A stretch of DNA of 64,000 bases, taken from the NCBI GenBank assembly GCA_050250375.1, contig JBFWOS010000001.1:1022361-1086360 (forward strand). The letters run 5' to 3'. Below the pieces are notes generated by a model, which worked only from the letters and a program-made list of their open reading frames with translations, had not been told where the DNA came from and did not search any database. Below, piece after piece: positions 49,094 through 59,202 of the stretch. The stretch comes from Candidatus Omnitrophota bacterium (GTDB lineage Bacteria; Omnitrophota; Gorgyraeia; Zapsychrales; Zapsychraceae). The first letter of the stretch is position 1; each line of letters opens with the position of its first letter. Both the position numbers and the translations under genes were made by a program.

Positions 49094-50115
49094 TCACCTT
49101 AGATTACATTCAGTCAATCCTCAACGAAGACCGGCGGGACAAGATTGAAGAACTCGCGGTTCAGTCGAAAAAAATCACCGAACAATATTTTGGACGCACG
49201 ATCACGCTTTACGCGCCGCTCTATTTATCCAACTATTGTTCGAGTCACTGCACGTACTGCGGATTTCACAGCAAGAACCGCATCCGGCGGTTCAAACTGA
49301 ACGTTGAACAGATGCGCCAAGAAATGTCTTTTGTCGCCGGACAAGGCATTGAAAATATCCTGATGCTGACCGGCGAGTCTTATTCCGTCACCCCTTTGTC
49401 TTATTTAAAAGAAGCCGTTATGGTCGCCCGGGATTATTTCCCTAATATAGCGCTTGAAGTCCATCCGATGGAAGAAGACCAATACCGCGAACTGTTCTCC
49501 TCAGGAGTTGACGGGATCACCGTCTACCAGGAAACATACGACCGGCCCATTTATAAAAAGGTCCACCTGTCAGGGATCAAATCTGATTATGACTTCCGCT
49601 ATCATGCCCCGGCCCGGGCCGCTGCCGGCGGTATCCGTACCATTTCCATGGGTATCCTGCTGGGGTTGTCGGAAGTGAATGCCGATCTGCTTGCTCTTTA
49701 TCAGCATTTGCAATGGATGGAAAAAAAATTTCCGGGCGTGGAATACAGCCTGTCCTTTCCGCGGCTGCAACCGGTTAAAGAGATCAACTTCGCGCAGTCG
49801 AACATTGATGATAAAATGTTCCTGAAAATCATCTGCCTGACCAGAATTTTGTTTCCCCGGGTCGGCATAAATTTATCCACGCGTGAACGTCCGCAATTAA
49901 GGGACCACCTTCTGGAACTGGGCATCACACGCATGTCCGCCGGATCAAATACCTCCGTTGGCGGTTACACCCTGGTCTCTGAACAGGAACAGGACCCGCA
50001 ATTTGACATTGAAGACTCGCGCAGTGTTAAACAAATTGTAGAACTTCTGAAGAATAACGATTTTGACCCTGTCTTCACCGACTGGAGAAGGATTGCGCAG
50101 GAACCCGCCAATTAA
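49090..50115 (+). CDS. thiH: 2-iminoacetate synthase ThiH (radical SAM tyrosine lyase)
   Basis: Radical SAM motif [14 protein letters not shown] overlap with thiG. Confidence 0.88.
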   Translation: MITLDYIQSILNEDRRDKIEELAVQSKKITEQYFGRTITLYAPLYLSNYCSSHCTYCGFHSKNRIRRFKLNVEQMRQEMSFVAGQGIENILMLTGESYSVTPLSYLKEAVMVARDYFPNIALEVHPMEEDQYRELFSSGVDGITVYQETYDRPIYKKVHLSGIKSDYDFRYHAPARAAAGGIRTISMGILLGLSEVNADLLALYQHLQWMEKKFPGVEYSLSFPRLQPVKEINFAQSNIDDKMFLKIICLTRILFPRVGINLSTRERPQLRDHLLELGITRMSAGSNTSVGGYTLVSEQEQDPQFDIEDSRSVKQIVELLKNNDFDPVFTDWRRIAQEPAN

Positions 50116-50220
50116 CCCTGATAAAATCAAAATTACTTTATTGTGGATGGAACACGGAATTGCCCGGCGCAGCAATAATGACCGAAATTCCCCTTGATTG
50201 GACTTGTCAAATAAATGCGG

Positions 50221-50808
50221 TTAGAATAAACCCTTCTTGATCACCATTGAATCTTTTGTTTTTTCAAAGTCTGCCCTGTATTTATCAAAACTGGACCTTA
50301 ACGCTGTATAAGAAATTTTATAAAACATGTTTCCTTCCGTGATCATATAAAACTCGAAACTGACCGCATTGTCTTCCGGTCGGCTTTCATAAAAAATCCA
50401 TTTTGCGAGGACATCATCAATCTTGATTTCCCCCTTGTCAATAAGCTTATTGCCATACTCTATGATTGAGGCCACAATTTTTCCCCATTCATCCTCAATC
50501 CAGGCACTGGCTGAAAGCTTCAGCGAGGTAATACTTATACTAGCTGCAAAAGCCCCGGTTTCGTAATCGACTTCTTCGGTAACATAAGTCACTGTTTTAG
50601 CCGCCGTCTTGTCTTCAACGGAAAATTTCTTCTTTTTCTTCTTCTGCGGGTTAACGTCTTCGTAATCATTCCACCCCACTGGAAACATGATAGTATAACC
50701 AGGCCCTCGGTAAACATCCGATCCGCGGGTAAACCATAATTTAAGGCCATACGATACAAATAGTATGGCTACAATAATACGCATTATTTTTGCTGCTTCA
50801 TCATCCAT
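50221..50808 (-). CDS. Membrane-anchored protein of unknown function
   Basis: N-terminal TM and a poly-Lys tract (QKKKKKKF); 195 aa. Confidence 0.4.
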   Translation of the reverse strand: MDDEAAKIMRIIVAILFVSYGLKLWFTRGSDVYRGPGYTIMFPVGWNDYEDVNPQKKKKKKFSVEDKTAAKTVTYVTEEVDYETGAFAASISITSLKLSASAWIEDEWGKIVASIIEYGNKLIDKGEIKIDDVLAKWIFYESRPEDNAVSFEFYMITEGNMFYKISYTALRSSFDKYRADFEKTKDSMVIKKGLF

Positions 50809-50811
50809 AAT

Positions 50812-51519
50812 TTATTCCCTACTTTTTTGTCGTTTGAATTTTTGTCTTCCAGCTAAAATGGATATGACCATAACGATCAACATATATACCAAAGTATACC
50901 GGGCGAAAAACGTGTTCTCCAAAAAATAATTGACTGACGCGTTGAAATCTTTCGCAAACGTTATGCCTAAATCAGATAAAATATATTGCTGCCAGTAAAT
51001 CCGCGGTAGATTGGCCAATGCGGCCGGGACAACATACCGGCGAAACGAAATATTTGTTAGTCCATACCCCAGATCGGTAAATCGTCCCGGGATAAATGGA
51101 TTGATCTTCCAGGCCACAACACCCAAGACGGAATGGTCCTGCCCCACCTGATCCAGTTTCTCCGGATTTATTTTCGTGCGTCGTTCCACATAATCCCTGC
51201 CCAAAAAACGGCTCAGGTGGAACATCACGAACGAATTTAGGATCTCACCAATCCAGATAAATAAAGTACTCGTATTAGCGCCGAAGAGAATCGCCGCCGC
51301 AATCCTTAGAACATCATGCGGACCGAACCAGATAAGGCTTGTCAGCCCGACATAAGAAACGATAAATATCAAACCGGATGCAGCCAGCGGATATTCAGAG
51401 AACTTCTGCCGGATCTGTTCGACATCCAGATTAAAACGCCGCCCCAAATACCAGAAAAAAATAAATAATATTATGAATATTATAAATTTAACTAAGGAAC
51501 GGATTTTAGACTGATGCAT
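50812..51519 (-). CDS. DedA/TVP38/TMEM64-family membrane protein
   Basis: Matches the SNARE-associated/DedA pattern (GPHDVLRIAAAILFG...FHLSRFLGRDYVE). Confidence 0.72.
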   Translation of the reverse strand: MHQSKIRSLVKFIIFIILFIFFWYLGRRFNLDVEQIRQKFSEYPLAASGLIFIVSYVGLTSLIWFGPHDVLRIAAAILFGANTSTLFIWIGEILNSFVMFHLSRFLGRDYVERRTKINPEKLDQVGQDHSVLGVVAWKINPFIPGRFTDLGYGLTNISFRRYVVPAALANLPRIYWQQYILSDLGITFAKDFNASVNYFLENTFFARYTLVYMLIVMVISILAGRQKFKRQKSRE

Positions 51520-51540
51520 TCATTAATTCTACTATAATTG

Positions 51541-51597
51541 CAAAAGAGGGAACAGCGGCAAATAGACTATTTCCATATTTGCAGCGTTCCCTCATTA
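51541..51597 (-). terminator. Intrinsic terminator downstream of cysK
   Basis: ~18-bp imperfect stem GAGGGAACAGCGGCAAATA...TATTTGCAGCGTTCCCTC, followed on the minus strand by TTTTG. Confidence 0.5.
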
Positions 51598-51601
51598 AAA
51601 A

Positions 51602-52564
51602 CTAACTGCGGTATTCCGCAAAAAGATCCGTACTTAAATACCGTTCCCCGGTGCTGGGGATAATCGCGACAATGATCTTGCCTTTATTTTCCGGACGGCG
51701 GGCCACCTGAAGCGCGGCGTAAATAGCCGCTCCGGATGAAATCCCGCAAAGAATCCCTTCTTCACGGATAGCCCGTTTCGCGTATTCAAAGGCCTCTTCA
51801 TTATCGACCTGAATGATTTCATCAATAATTTTTGTGTTAAGAATGCCGGGAACAAACCCTGCCCCGAGCCCCTGTATTTTATGGGGCCCGGGTTTTCCTC
51901 CAGACAAGACCGGTGAGCCTTTGGGTTCAACGGCAATCGTCTTAAATCCGGGTTTCTTTTTCTTGATGACTTCCGACACCCCGGTTATCGTCCCGCCCGT
52001 TCCGATCCCGGAAATCAGAAAATCCACCTTGCCGTTTGTGTCTTTCCATATTTCCTCGGCGGTTGTATTTCGATGAATTTCAGGGTTAGCCGGATTTTCA
52101 AATTGCTGGGGAATAAAATAACTGCTGTCACTCTCAGCCAGTTCCTTAGCCTTATTGATCGCTCCGCGCATGCCTTCTGCCCCGGGAGTCAAAATCAAAT
52201 TTGCCCCGAACGCTTTTAAAAGCGCCCGGCGTTCCATACTCATCGTTTCCGGCATCGTCAAGGTGCACTTATACCCTTTGACCGCGGCCACGAAAGCCAG
52301 GGCTATCCCGGTGTTGCCGGATGTCGGTTCAAGGATAACCGTTTTATTTTTATTGATCTTCCCCTGTTTTTCAGCCGCTTCAATCATGGCTAAACCGATC
52401 CGGTCTTTAACAGATCCCAGCGGATTAAAAAATTCCAATTTAAGAAGGATTTCCGCGTGGCAGCCTTCACTCAATTTATTAAGCCTGACCAGGGGGGTTT
52501 TTCCGATTAATTCTGTGATGTCATTGGCGACATTCATGGTTGAGTCAATGACTGATGAACTCAT
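51602..52564 (-). CDS. cysK: Cysteine synthase A (O-acetylserine sulfhydrylase)
   Basis: PLP-lysine motif [11 protein letters not shown] and the glycine-rich GTGGT loop. Confidence 0.93.
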   Translation of the reverse strand: MSSSVIDSTMNVANDITELIGKTPLVRLNKLSEGCHAEILLKLEFFNPLGSVKDRIGLAMIEAAEKQGKINKNKTVILEPTSGNTGIALAFVAAVKGYKCTLTMPETMSMERRALLKAFGANLILTPGAEGMRGAINKAKELAESDSSYFIPQQFENPANPEIHRNTTAEEIWKDTNGKVDFLISGIGTGGTITGVSEVIKKKKPGFKTIAVEPKGSPVLSGGKPGPHKIQGLGAGFVPGILNTKIIDEIIQVDNEEAFEYAKRAIREEGILCGISSGAAIYAALQVARRPENKGKIIVAIIPSTGERYLSTDLFAEYRS

Positions 52565-52713
52565 AATGAATCCTCCATGGGGTGATTGGATGGTTGAACT
52601 AAAATTTATTGAGATTGTTGTTCTTATAAAAAAACAAAATATGCCTGAGAAAAACCGATTATATCACCGGGACAAAGAAACTGTCAATCAATATAAAAAC
52701 TAGGACAGGAGTT

Positions 52714-54603
52714 TTAACCGGATTGGACCGAATTGGCCTGATGGAATTTCTTCAGATAGACCATCAGCAGGGAAATCGCTGAGGGCGTGACCCCGGAGAT
52801 ACGGTTGGCCTGGCCAAGGTTTATGGGAGAGAACCGTTTCAGTTTCTGACGGATTTCGATGGATAACCCCTGGATATCATCATAATTGATCCCGGCCGGC
52901 ATTTTGATGTTTTCGATATGTTTGAACTTGTCCACATCCTTAAGCTGACGAAGAATAAACCCTTCATATTTGATCTCATATTCCACCTGTTCAATGACAC
53001 CCTTTTCGCAATGCTTCAGGTCGCCGTCATAGGGGGCGATGGCCTGGTAGTTTAATTCCGGACGTTTTAAAAGATCACTCAGCGTGGCCGGATAAAGCAA
53101 TGGACTGCTGTTATACTTGGCCAGGTGCGCGTTGATTTCTTTATTCGGGTAAACCCGGGTTGACCGCAGATGTTTGATTTCACGGTCTATGGTTTCATAT
53201 TTCTTCTGTACAGCCCGGTATACGTCTTCATTCAGAATGCCATACTGATAACCCAGCCGGGATAATCGGAAATCGGCGTTATCTTCCCGGACAATCAAAC
53301 GGTACTCAACCCTTGAGGTAAACATCCGGTAAGGTTCTTCCGTCCCTTTCGTCGTGAGGTCATCAATCAGGACCCCGATATAAGCCTCATCCCGGCGTAA
53401 AATAAACGGTGGTTCTTGCCGGCCGTACAAAACGGCATTGATCCCGGCCATAATGCCCTGGGCTCCGGCCTCTTCATACCCGGTCGTCCCGTTGATCTGG
53501 CCGGCCAAAAACAATCCGTTAATCTTTTTGGTTTCCAGATTTGGCTTAAGCCCCGTCGGAAGAACGACGCCGTGTTCAATGGAATACCCGGGTTTGGTCA
53601 ATACCGCTTTTTCCAGCCCTGGAATGGAGTGGACAAACTGTTCCTGAACGTCCGCCGGAAGGCCGGTGGAAATCCCGTTCGGGTAATATTCATCGGTATC
53701 CAGGCCTTCAGGTTCTAGAAAAATCTGGTGGCTGTTTTTACCTGAAAATTTATCCAGCTTGTCTTCGATCGACGGGCAATACCGCACACCGGTGGCCTTG
53801 ATCTGTCCGGAATACATCGGGGACATATGCATATTCGCTTTAATGATTTCATGCGTGCGTTCATTCGTATGCGTGATATGACAGGGTAATAATTTCTGCT
53901 CTTTGGGAATAAACGGCGTGCGAAACGAAAACGGGACCGGGACATCATCCGAATATTGCGGGGTTAATTGTGAGAAATCGATTGTTTTTCCATCAAGACG
54001 CGGGGGAGTTCCGGTCTTGAAAAAAACGACCTCCAGGCCAAGATCCGTAAAATTGTCAGCCAGCTGTGTCGAATTTGGTTCCCCCACCCGGCCGGCCGGA
54101 GTAATTTCCTTACCAATATGGATACGGCCTTTCAAGAATGTCCCGGTCGTGACAACTACACTTTGACAGTCAAAAAGCAGTCCGGCCTCCGTCTTGATCC
54201 CTTTTATTTTTCCGTTCGCTACAATTAATTCCGCGACCTTATCTTCCAGGACATCCAGATTAGTCTGATTCCTGACAACGTCCTGAATATAAAGTTTGTA
54301 TAACTTGCGGTCGGATTGACAGCGGGACGATCGGACAGCCTGGCCTTTTGAAGAGTTCAGCTGACGGAACTGAATCCCCGTCCGGTCAGCGGCCAAACCC
54401 ATTTCCCCGCCCAAGGCGTCGATTTCTTTGACCAGCTGGCCTTTTCCGACTCCGCCGATGGCGGGATTACAGCTCATCTGCCCGATGGTGTCCCAATAAA
54501 AGGTCACCATCAGGGTCTTGGCCCCCATCCGGCTGGCAGCCAGCGAGGCTTCTACTCCGGCATGACCTCCGCCAATGACTATGACATCATAAAATTGACT
54601 CAT
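52714..54603 (-). CDS. mnmG: tRNA uridine-5-carboxymethylaminomethyl modification enzyme MnmG (GidA)
   Basis: 629 aa, with FAD-binding DVIVIGGGHAGVEA at the N-terminus. Confidence 0.95.
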   Translation of the reverse strand: MSQFYDVIVIGGGHAGVEASLAASRMGAKTLMVTFYWDTIGQMSCNPAIGGVGKGQLVKEIDALGGEMGLAADRTGIQFRQLNSSKGQAVRSSRCQSDRKLYKLYIQDVVRNQTNLDVLEDKVAELIVANGKIKGIKTEAGLLFDCQSVVVTTGTFLKGRIHIGKEITPAGRVGEPNSTQLADNFTDLGLEVVFFKTGTPPRLDGKTIDFSQLTPQYSDDVPVPFSFRTPFIPKEQKLLPCHITHTNERTHEIIKANMHMSPMYSGQIKATGVRYCPSIEDKLDKFSGKNSHQIFLEPEGLDTDEYYPNGISTGLPADVQEQFVHSIPGLEKAVLTKPGYSIEHGVVLPTGLKPNLETKKINGLFLAGQINGTTGYEEAGAQGIMAGINAVLYGRQEPPFILRRDEAYIGVLIDDLTTKGTEEPYRMFTSRVEYRLIVREDNADFRLSRLGYQYGILNEDVYRAVQKKYETIDREIKHLRSTRVYPNKEINAHLAKYNSSPLLYPATLSDLLKRPELNYQAIAPYDGDLKHCEKGVIEQVEYEIKYEGFILRQLKDVDKFKHIENIKMPAGINYDDIQGLSIEIRQKLKRFSPINLGQANRISGVTPSAISLLMVYLKKFHQANSVQSG

Positions 54604-54692
54604 TTTTGTGCACTTTTCCTCATTTTTAATATTGCAAATATGTTATAAGATACCCGCAAACAGCTGAATTGTCAACTTCAATCAAGGCCGGG

Positions 54693-55709
54693 TCAATTGG
54701 ATTTATCTGGGCGGGGTGGACAACAGGTTTCCCGGACTACCAGTTCAGGGGCCAGGGTTTTTTTGGTTTTGACGTCTGTCTTTTTGACTATTATATTCAA
54801 TAAAGCCTTAACAGCCTCTTCGGCCATCTGAAATAACGGCTGGCGTATAGTCGTTAAAGCAACCGGACCGAACAAACAGGCCGGGTTATCATCAAAGCCG
54901 ATCACGGAAATATCCTCAGGGATCCTCAGACCTTTTTCAAGAAATACGGCAATGGCTTCAAGGGCCATATCATCACTGGCCGCAAATATGGCCGTCGGAC
55001 GGTCCTCCATTTTTAGAAAATCTTCCGCCGCCAGCCGTGCGCTCCGTCTCGAATAATCCCCTTCGATGATATAATGCGCGGGCAAACCACCGTTTTTGCT
55101 TTCCAAATATTCTTTAAATCCCTCCAGCCTGTGCTGTCCGGCCTGGGTGGTTAATTTTCCCGAAATGGTGGCTATTCGTTTATGTCCGAAACCGGTTAAA
55201 TAGTCCGCCACGATCTGGCCGCCGAGCCTGTTATTAACGGCAATATAATTCACATCAATATCATGAACCTCATTATTAATGATCATGGCCGGTGTTCCCA
55301 TGGTCAGCGCGGATTCAACCTGTTTGCGGTTTTCAATAATATCCGCAAAAATGATCCCGTCCACGTTATTAGTATTAATCGGATTGTTTCCGTCGGTGAT
55401 GTGAAAAACCATATCCATCCTGGCCGATTCACAGGCATGGCCGATCCCGCGGATCAGTTCGACGGCGTAAAAGGAATGGAAAATCCCGGGGTATCCGGGG
55501 ATGACAAGACCGATGGCGTTATTGTGGCCGCGGGCCAGCCGCTGGGCGCTGACATTCGGCCTGTATTTTAAAGCGGCGACGGCCTCTTCGACCCTCGCCC
55601 GGTTTTTATCAGAAACGGTCGATATGTTGTTGATGACCCGGGAGACGGTGGTAATGGAGACTTTAGCCCTTTTGGCGACGTCATTGATGCTGATTTTTTT
55701 CTTGGCCAT
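54693..55709 (-). CDS. LacI-family transcriptional regulator
   Basis: N-terminal HTH (ISINDVAKRAKVSITTVSRVIN) plus a periplasmic-binding-protein-like sugar-binding core. Confidence 0.9.
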   Translation of the reverse strand: MAKKKISINDVAKRAKVSITTVSRVINNISTVSDKNRARVEEAVAALKYRPNVSAQRLARGHNNAIGLVIPGYPGIFHSFYAVELIRGIGHACESARMDMVFHITDGNNPINTNNVDGIIFADIIENRKQVESALTMGTPAMIINNEVHDIDVNYIAVNNRLGGQIVADYLTGFGHKRIATISGKLTTQAGQHRLEGFKEYLESKNGGLPAHYIIEGDYSRRSARLAAEDFLKMEDRPTAIFAASDDMALEAIAVFLEKGLRIPEDISVIGFDDNPACLFGPVALTTIRQPLFQMAEEAVKALLNIIVKKTDVKTKKTLAPELVVRETCCPPRPDKSN

Positions 55710-55748
55710 ACCTTTGCCGAAAGGGACAACGTCCCATTTTAAAGATGA

Positions 55749-57095
55749 TTACCGGATTGTGTCTCCGACCCTGACTTTGGACCATTGGTCTTTGATGTCG
55801 GCGGCCGAAATATCCTTGCGAACCTGGATAATTTCCAGACGGGCGATATATTCTGAATCGCGGTAAACGCTCAAACCATCTCCCAAAGAAATACCCGATC
55901 CTTCGCCGATGTCCACGATCACAAAATTATTCTCTTCGTTAATGCTGACAATTCGGCCGTGGAATCCGGGTTCAGAAGAGCCGACATTAAATTCGATGGC
56001 CGTATTATTATTCGAACTGACCATAATGGGAGGCAATTCCACGGAACTCGGATTTTGAAAATTCTTTGAAGATTCCTTGAACGAACGGTCCAGGCTGTCT
56101 TTGATTTCCCAGATTTCATCAATTTTACTCTGGATCAGATTTTCCGCGCTGCCCAATTCACGTTCCACTTTATTTTTATCCTGAGTCAACCGGACGATTG
56201 ATTTCTGCAAAGAACTTTTAGCAGATACAAGCTGTTTCATCTCTCCGCGCAGATTGCTGTTTTCTTCCTGGATCTTGGCCATCCGGTCTGCGATAAATTT
56301 TTTATCATTTTTAGTTCTGGCCAATTCCAGCGAAAGGTTATTGATCATATTGCTTTTATATTTAATTTCCTGGGCAAGGTCATCACTTTGAGCCCTTAAG
56401 ACATCCAATTCTAACTTCATCCCGTCGTTAAATTGTTTAAGTTCTACGATCTCAATAGAACTTTTGGCCAGCGTCTCTTCCATCTGCTGGATCTTGACTT
56501 CAAGAGCGGCCTTTTCTTTCAATATGGAAGCCCAATACATTTCATCGCTCGCCGGGGGGATATTCTGCTTTAAAGGATTGGGAGTAATTTCTAATACTCC
56601 GGGTATGGAGGACTTAGCTGATTTTCCATTGGCCTGCCCGTCTGCATCTTGAGAACCGGCCTCTGCGTTTTCCTTAGCCTGCGCTAACTGATATCTTTGT
56701 GATGCCGACGTGGCTTCTTCTTTTAGAGCCTTGACCTGCAAATCCAGTTGGTCACGCATCTGGGACACAGCGGCCAATTCTTCTTTCCACTTGTTCCGTT
56801 CCTTCGTAACATCGTCAACCCGCAACTGCAGCCCAATGGATTTCTTCTGCGCCATGTCCAATGTTTTTTCAAGATCATCGCGTTCTAATTTTAATTTTTC
56901 AAGATCGGCCGTTAATTGTTTGGTTTGCGCTATTTGCTTATGCATTCTTTCTTCGGAATCTTCCAATTCATTCTCGACGAGAACCTTTTCATCACTTATT
57001 TTCTGCAAACTCACCAGAACGTAACCTAAAAATCCGATCACACCGATAATAAGTACGATGAGTATTATATAGCCTAATTTTGTGGATTTAGACAT
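55749..57095 (-). CDS. Membrane-anchored long coiled-coil protein with C-terminal beta-rich domain
   Basis: N-terminal TM, ~330 aa of heptad-rich sequence, and a C-terminal ~90-aa non-helical domain. Confidence 0.5.
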   Translation of the reverse strand: MSKSTKLGYIILIVLIIGVIGFLGYVLVSLQKISDEKVLVENELEDSEERMHKQIAQTKQLTADLEKLKLERDDLEKTLDMAQKKSIGLQLRVDDVTKERNKWKEELAAVSQMRDQLDLQVKALKEEATSASQRYQLAQAKENAEAGSQDADGQANGKSAKSSIPGVLEITPNPLKQNIPPASDEMYWASILKEKAALEVKIQQMEETLAKSSIEIVELKQFNDGMKLELDVLRAQSDDLAQEIKYKSNMINNLSLELARTKNDKKFIADRMAKIQEENSNLRGEMKQLVSAKSSLQKSIVRLTQDKNKVERELGSAENLIQSKIDEIWEIKDSLDRSFKESSKNFQNPSSVELPPIMVSSNNNTAIEFNVGSSEPGFHGRIVSINEENNFVIVDIGEGSGISLGDGLSVYRDSEYIARLEIIQVRKDISAADIKDQWSKVRVGDTIR

Positions 57096-57225
57096 AACTC
57101 CTCTATTGTTAATAATTTAATTATGAATATAACAAAGTATTATATTTTAAACAAGAAGAATTACCTTTTTTTTGATCTAAACTTCGATATGTTATTGCTT
57201 TATAAAAAAATATTAAAGAACGCAC

Positions 57226-57262
57226 AAAAAAAAAGAGGCAGAACAAAAATGATCTGCCTCTT
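57226..57262 (-). terminator. Strong intrinsic terminator downstream of the lipoprotein gene
   Basis: AGAGGCAGA-N11-TCTGCCTCT, followed on the minus strand by TTTTTTTTT. Confidence 0.8.
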
Positions 57263-57282
57263 TAAAATGGTGTTCCCAGCGA

Positions 57283-57966
57283 CTACTCAAATTTTATTTC
57301 ATCCAGAAAAAACACACACGACTCCGGGTTGACCGCCACCTCGGTTGTCCATGCAAAACCGCCGCTGATATAGGATAAATCTTTGCCTTGAAGATCAATG
57401 GAATATTCTTTCCATTGGTCGGACAAAATGACCGGTCCGATCACAATCTTATCGGAGTCCGGATAATCGCCTTCCACTCCGCCGATCGTAAATTCCTGTA
57501 TCTGCTCCCCGCCTATTTCACCTTTGGCCCAAAAGGTCAGTCTTTTTGCTCCCGTAAGATTGTATCCTCCTTTACGGCGCCCCCAATTATTCGCCGGATT
57601 AAGCCAATACACACCCGCCCACTCCTGATTCTCTTTCGAACATTCAATATCATAAACAACTTTTATGCAGGTCTTTCCGTTCTGGCATTTTTCCTGCCAC
57701 CGGTCATTAAATGAGACGCATTTACCGTCAGGCATAAATCCGGACGGTATAAAATGATTGTTCCGTGCCCCTTTGTCGGAATACACATAAAACGACACGA
57801 ACGAAGAATCCTCGGGAGGCGTTGACGGCACAGGATCCGCCGGTTGGGTTGTCTCGGCTGATTCTGCCTGATTTTCCGTCGCTATCGAAATTTTTTGTTT
57901 TACCGGCGGCTCACCGCAAGCTGATAAAAAACATATGCATGATAGTAAAATACACCACCTTGTCAT
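57283..57966 (-). CDS. Lipoprotein with beta-sandwich-like (putative carbohydrate-binding) domain
   Basis: Lipobox LSAC, a Pro/Ser/Thr linker, then an aromatic/Gly-rich domain. It lies in the glycan-utilisation locus. Confidence 0.45.
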   Translation of the reverse strand: MTRWCILLSCICFLSACGEPPVKQKISIATENQAESAETTQPADPVPSTPPEDSSFVSFYVYSDKGARNNHFIPSGFMPDGKCVSFNDRWQEKCQNGKTCIKVVYDIECSKENQEWAGVYWLNPANNWGRRKGGYNLTGAKRLTFWAKGEIGGEQIQEFTIGGVEGDYPDSDKIVIGPVILSDQWKEYSIDLQGKDLSYISGGFAWTTEVAVNPESCVFFLDEIKFE

Positions 57967-58099
57967 TGTTGATTTTGCCTTCCTAAGAATCGTTTAATTG
58001 ATTTGAAAATGAGTTTGATGAAATGTTCCATCCCGGTACAACATACAATTGTACCGGGATGGAGAAAAAATGAAAGAAGATTTTTAAAAAATAACCCGA

Positions 58100-58957
58100 T
58101 TAGCTGTTATCGAGTTCTTCCAATGCTTGTTGAGCCGCTTCAGCCGGTTTCCAGAACCAACCATTGGGATCCCAGCATTGCGCGTAATAAAAATCATCCA
58201 CCAATTTCTTATAGGCGGCACGGGCTTTCTGAGGATCTCCCGCCTTCTTATATGCTTCCCCGCGGATAAATAATGCGGTGCCTACATCATTCAACGCCCA
58301 ATAGCTGAAAATCTTGTCTTTGGATTCCCAGGCGTATTCCGTCAAGGAATTCTGCATTTCAACAGCTTTTTCCCCGTATAACTCTAAAACCTTGTCCGTA
58401 TAAATCATGACAGAGTCTTTTTCGTTGCTACTCAGAGATTTCCATGCCTGTGTGGTTAAGAATGAAGATGTGTAATCACCGAAATCAATGTTTGAACCTG
58501 TTTCAATCATCAATAACTTTTCTTTGGCCGCATCAGCCGGTTTCCAAAACCATCCTTTGGTATCCCAAGCCTGACCGTATGTATATTCATTCACAACTTT
58601 CATAAAAGCTTCTTTAGCTTCATCCTGCATGCTGGCCTGGCGGTATGCCTCACCTTGGATGAATAAAGATGTCGCCACATCATTCAAAGCCCAAAAACCG
58701 AAAATCTCATCATTAGAACCTTGAGGATAGGCCTGAAGACTTTCCTGCATTTTCTTGGCCTGTTCCCCATACAATTCAAGACATTTATTCGTATAAGCCA
58801 GCACCGCTTCAATATCACCCTCTTTCAACGCGATCCATGCCTTGGTGGTTAAAGTTTCGGACCGGAAATCCCCGAAATTATAGGCAGCTGCAAGTTTTGG
58901 GTTGATAAACCCTATCGTCGCCGCCAGAAAGGTTAATATGAACACAAACTTTTTCAT
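58100..58957 (-). CDS. Secreted protein built from two tandem copies of a novel ~115-aa helical domain
   Basis: Start reset to MKKFVFILTFLAATIGF (SD AGGAGGAAAA). The first repeat matches the second along W..AW..L......D....YT.K.LELYG..A..MQ.SL..Y......IF..WALNDV.T.LFI.GEAY.......A..A...L...Y..AQ.WD..GWFWKPA.AA...L. Confidence 0.6.
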   Translation of the reverse strand: MKKFVFILTFLAATIGFINPKLAAAYNFGDFRSETLTTKAWIALKEGDIEAVLAYTNKCLELYGEQAKKMQESLQAYPQGSNDEIFGFWALNDVATSLFIQGEAYRQASMQDEAKEAFMKVVNEYTYGQAWDTKGWFWKPADAAKEKLLMIETGSNIDFGDYTSSFLTTQAWKSLSSNEKDSVMIYTDKVLELYGEKAVEMQNSLTEYAWESKDKIFSYWALNDVGTALFIRGEAYKKAGDPQKARAAYKKLVDDFYYAQCWDPNGWFWKPAEAAQQALEELDNS

Positions 58958-59202
58958 TACGTTTTCCTCCTTGGATGAATGTTTCCTTATTAGTGTGCCA
59001 AATCCTACAAACATTATATGATCTAAAGCAAACCGTATTTTACATTTTGCTCTTAAGAATATATTAGATTGTCAAATTGGAAGAACTAATATTATCTGTA
59101 GTGAAATAAGTATACTATATTTGTCTTTTATTGCCAATCAATCTAAACCAGCAATAGAGACACAATATATTGATACATAATAACTTGTAGATTTGAGAAA
59201 AA

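Noticed and set aside
50628-50648. Poly-Lys tract (KKKKKK) in the 195-aa membrane-anchored protein as a slippery or phase-variable site
   Set aside because: The codons are mixed AAG/AAA rather than a pure homopolymer longer than 8, so slipped-strand phase variation is unlikely.
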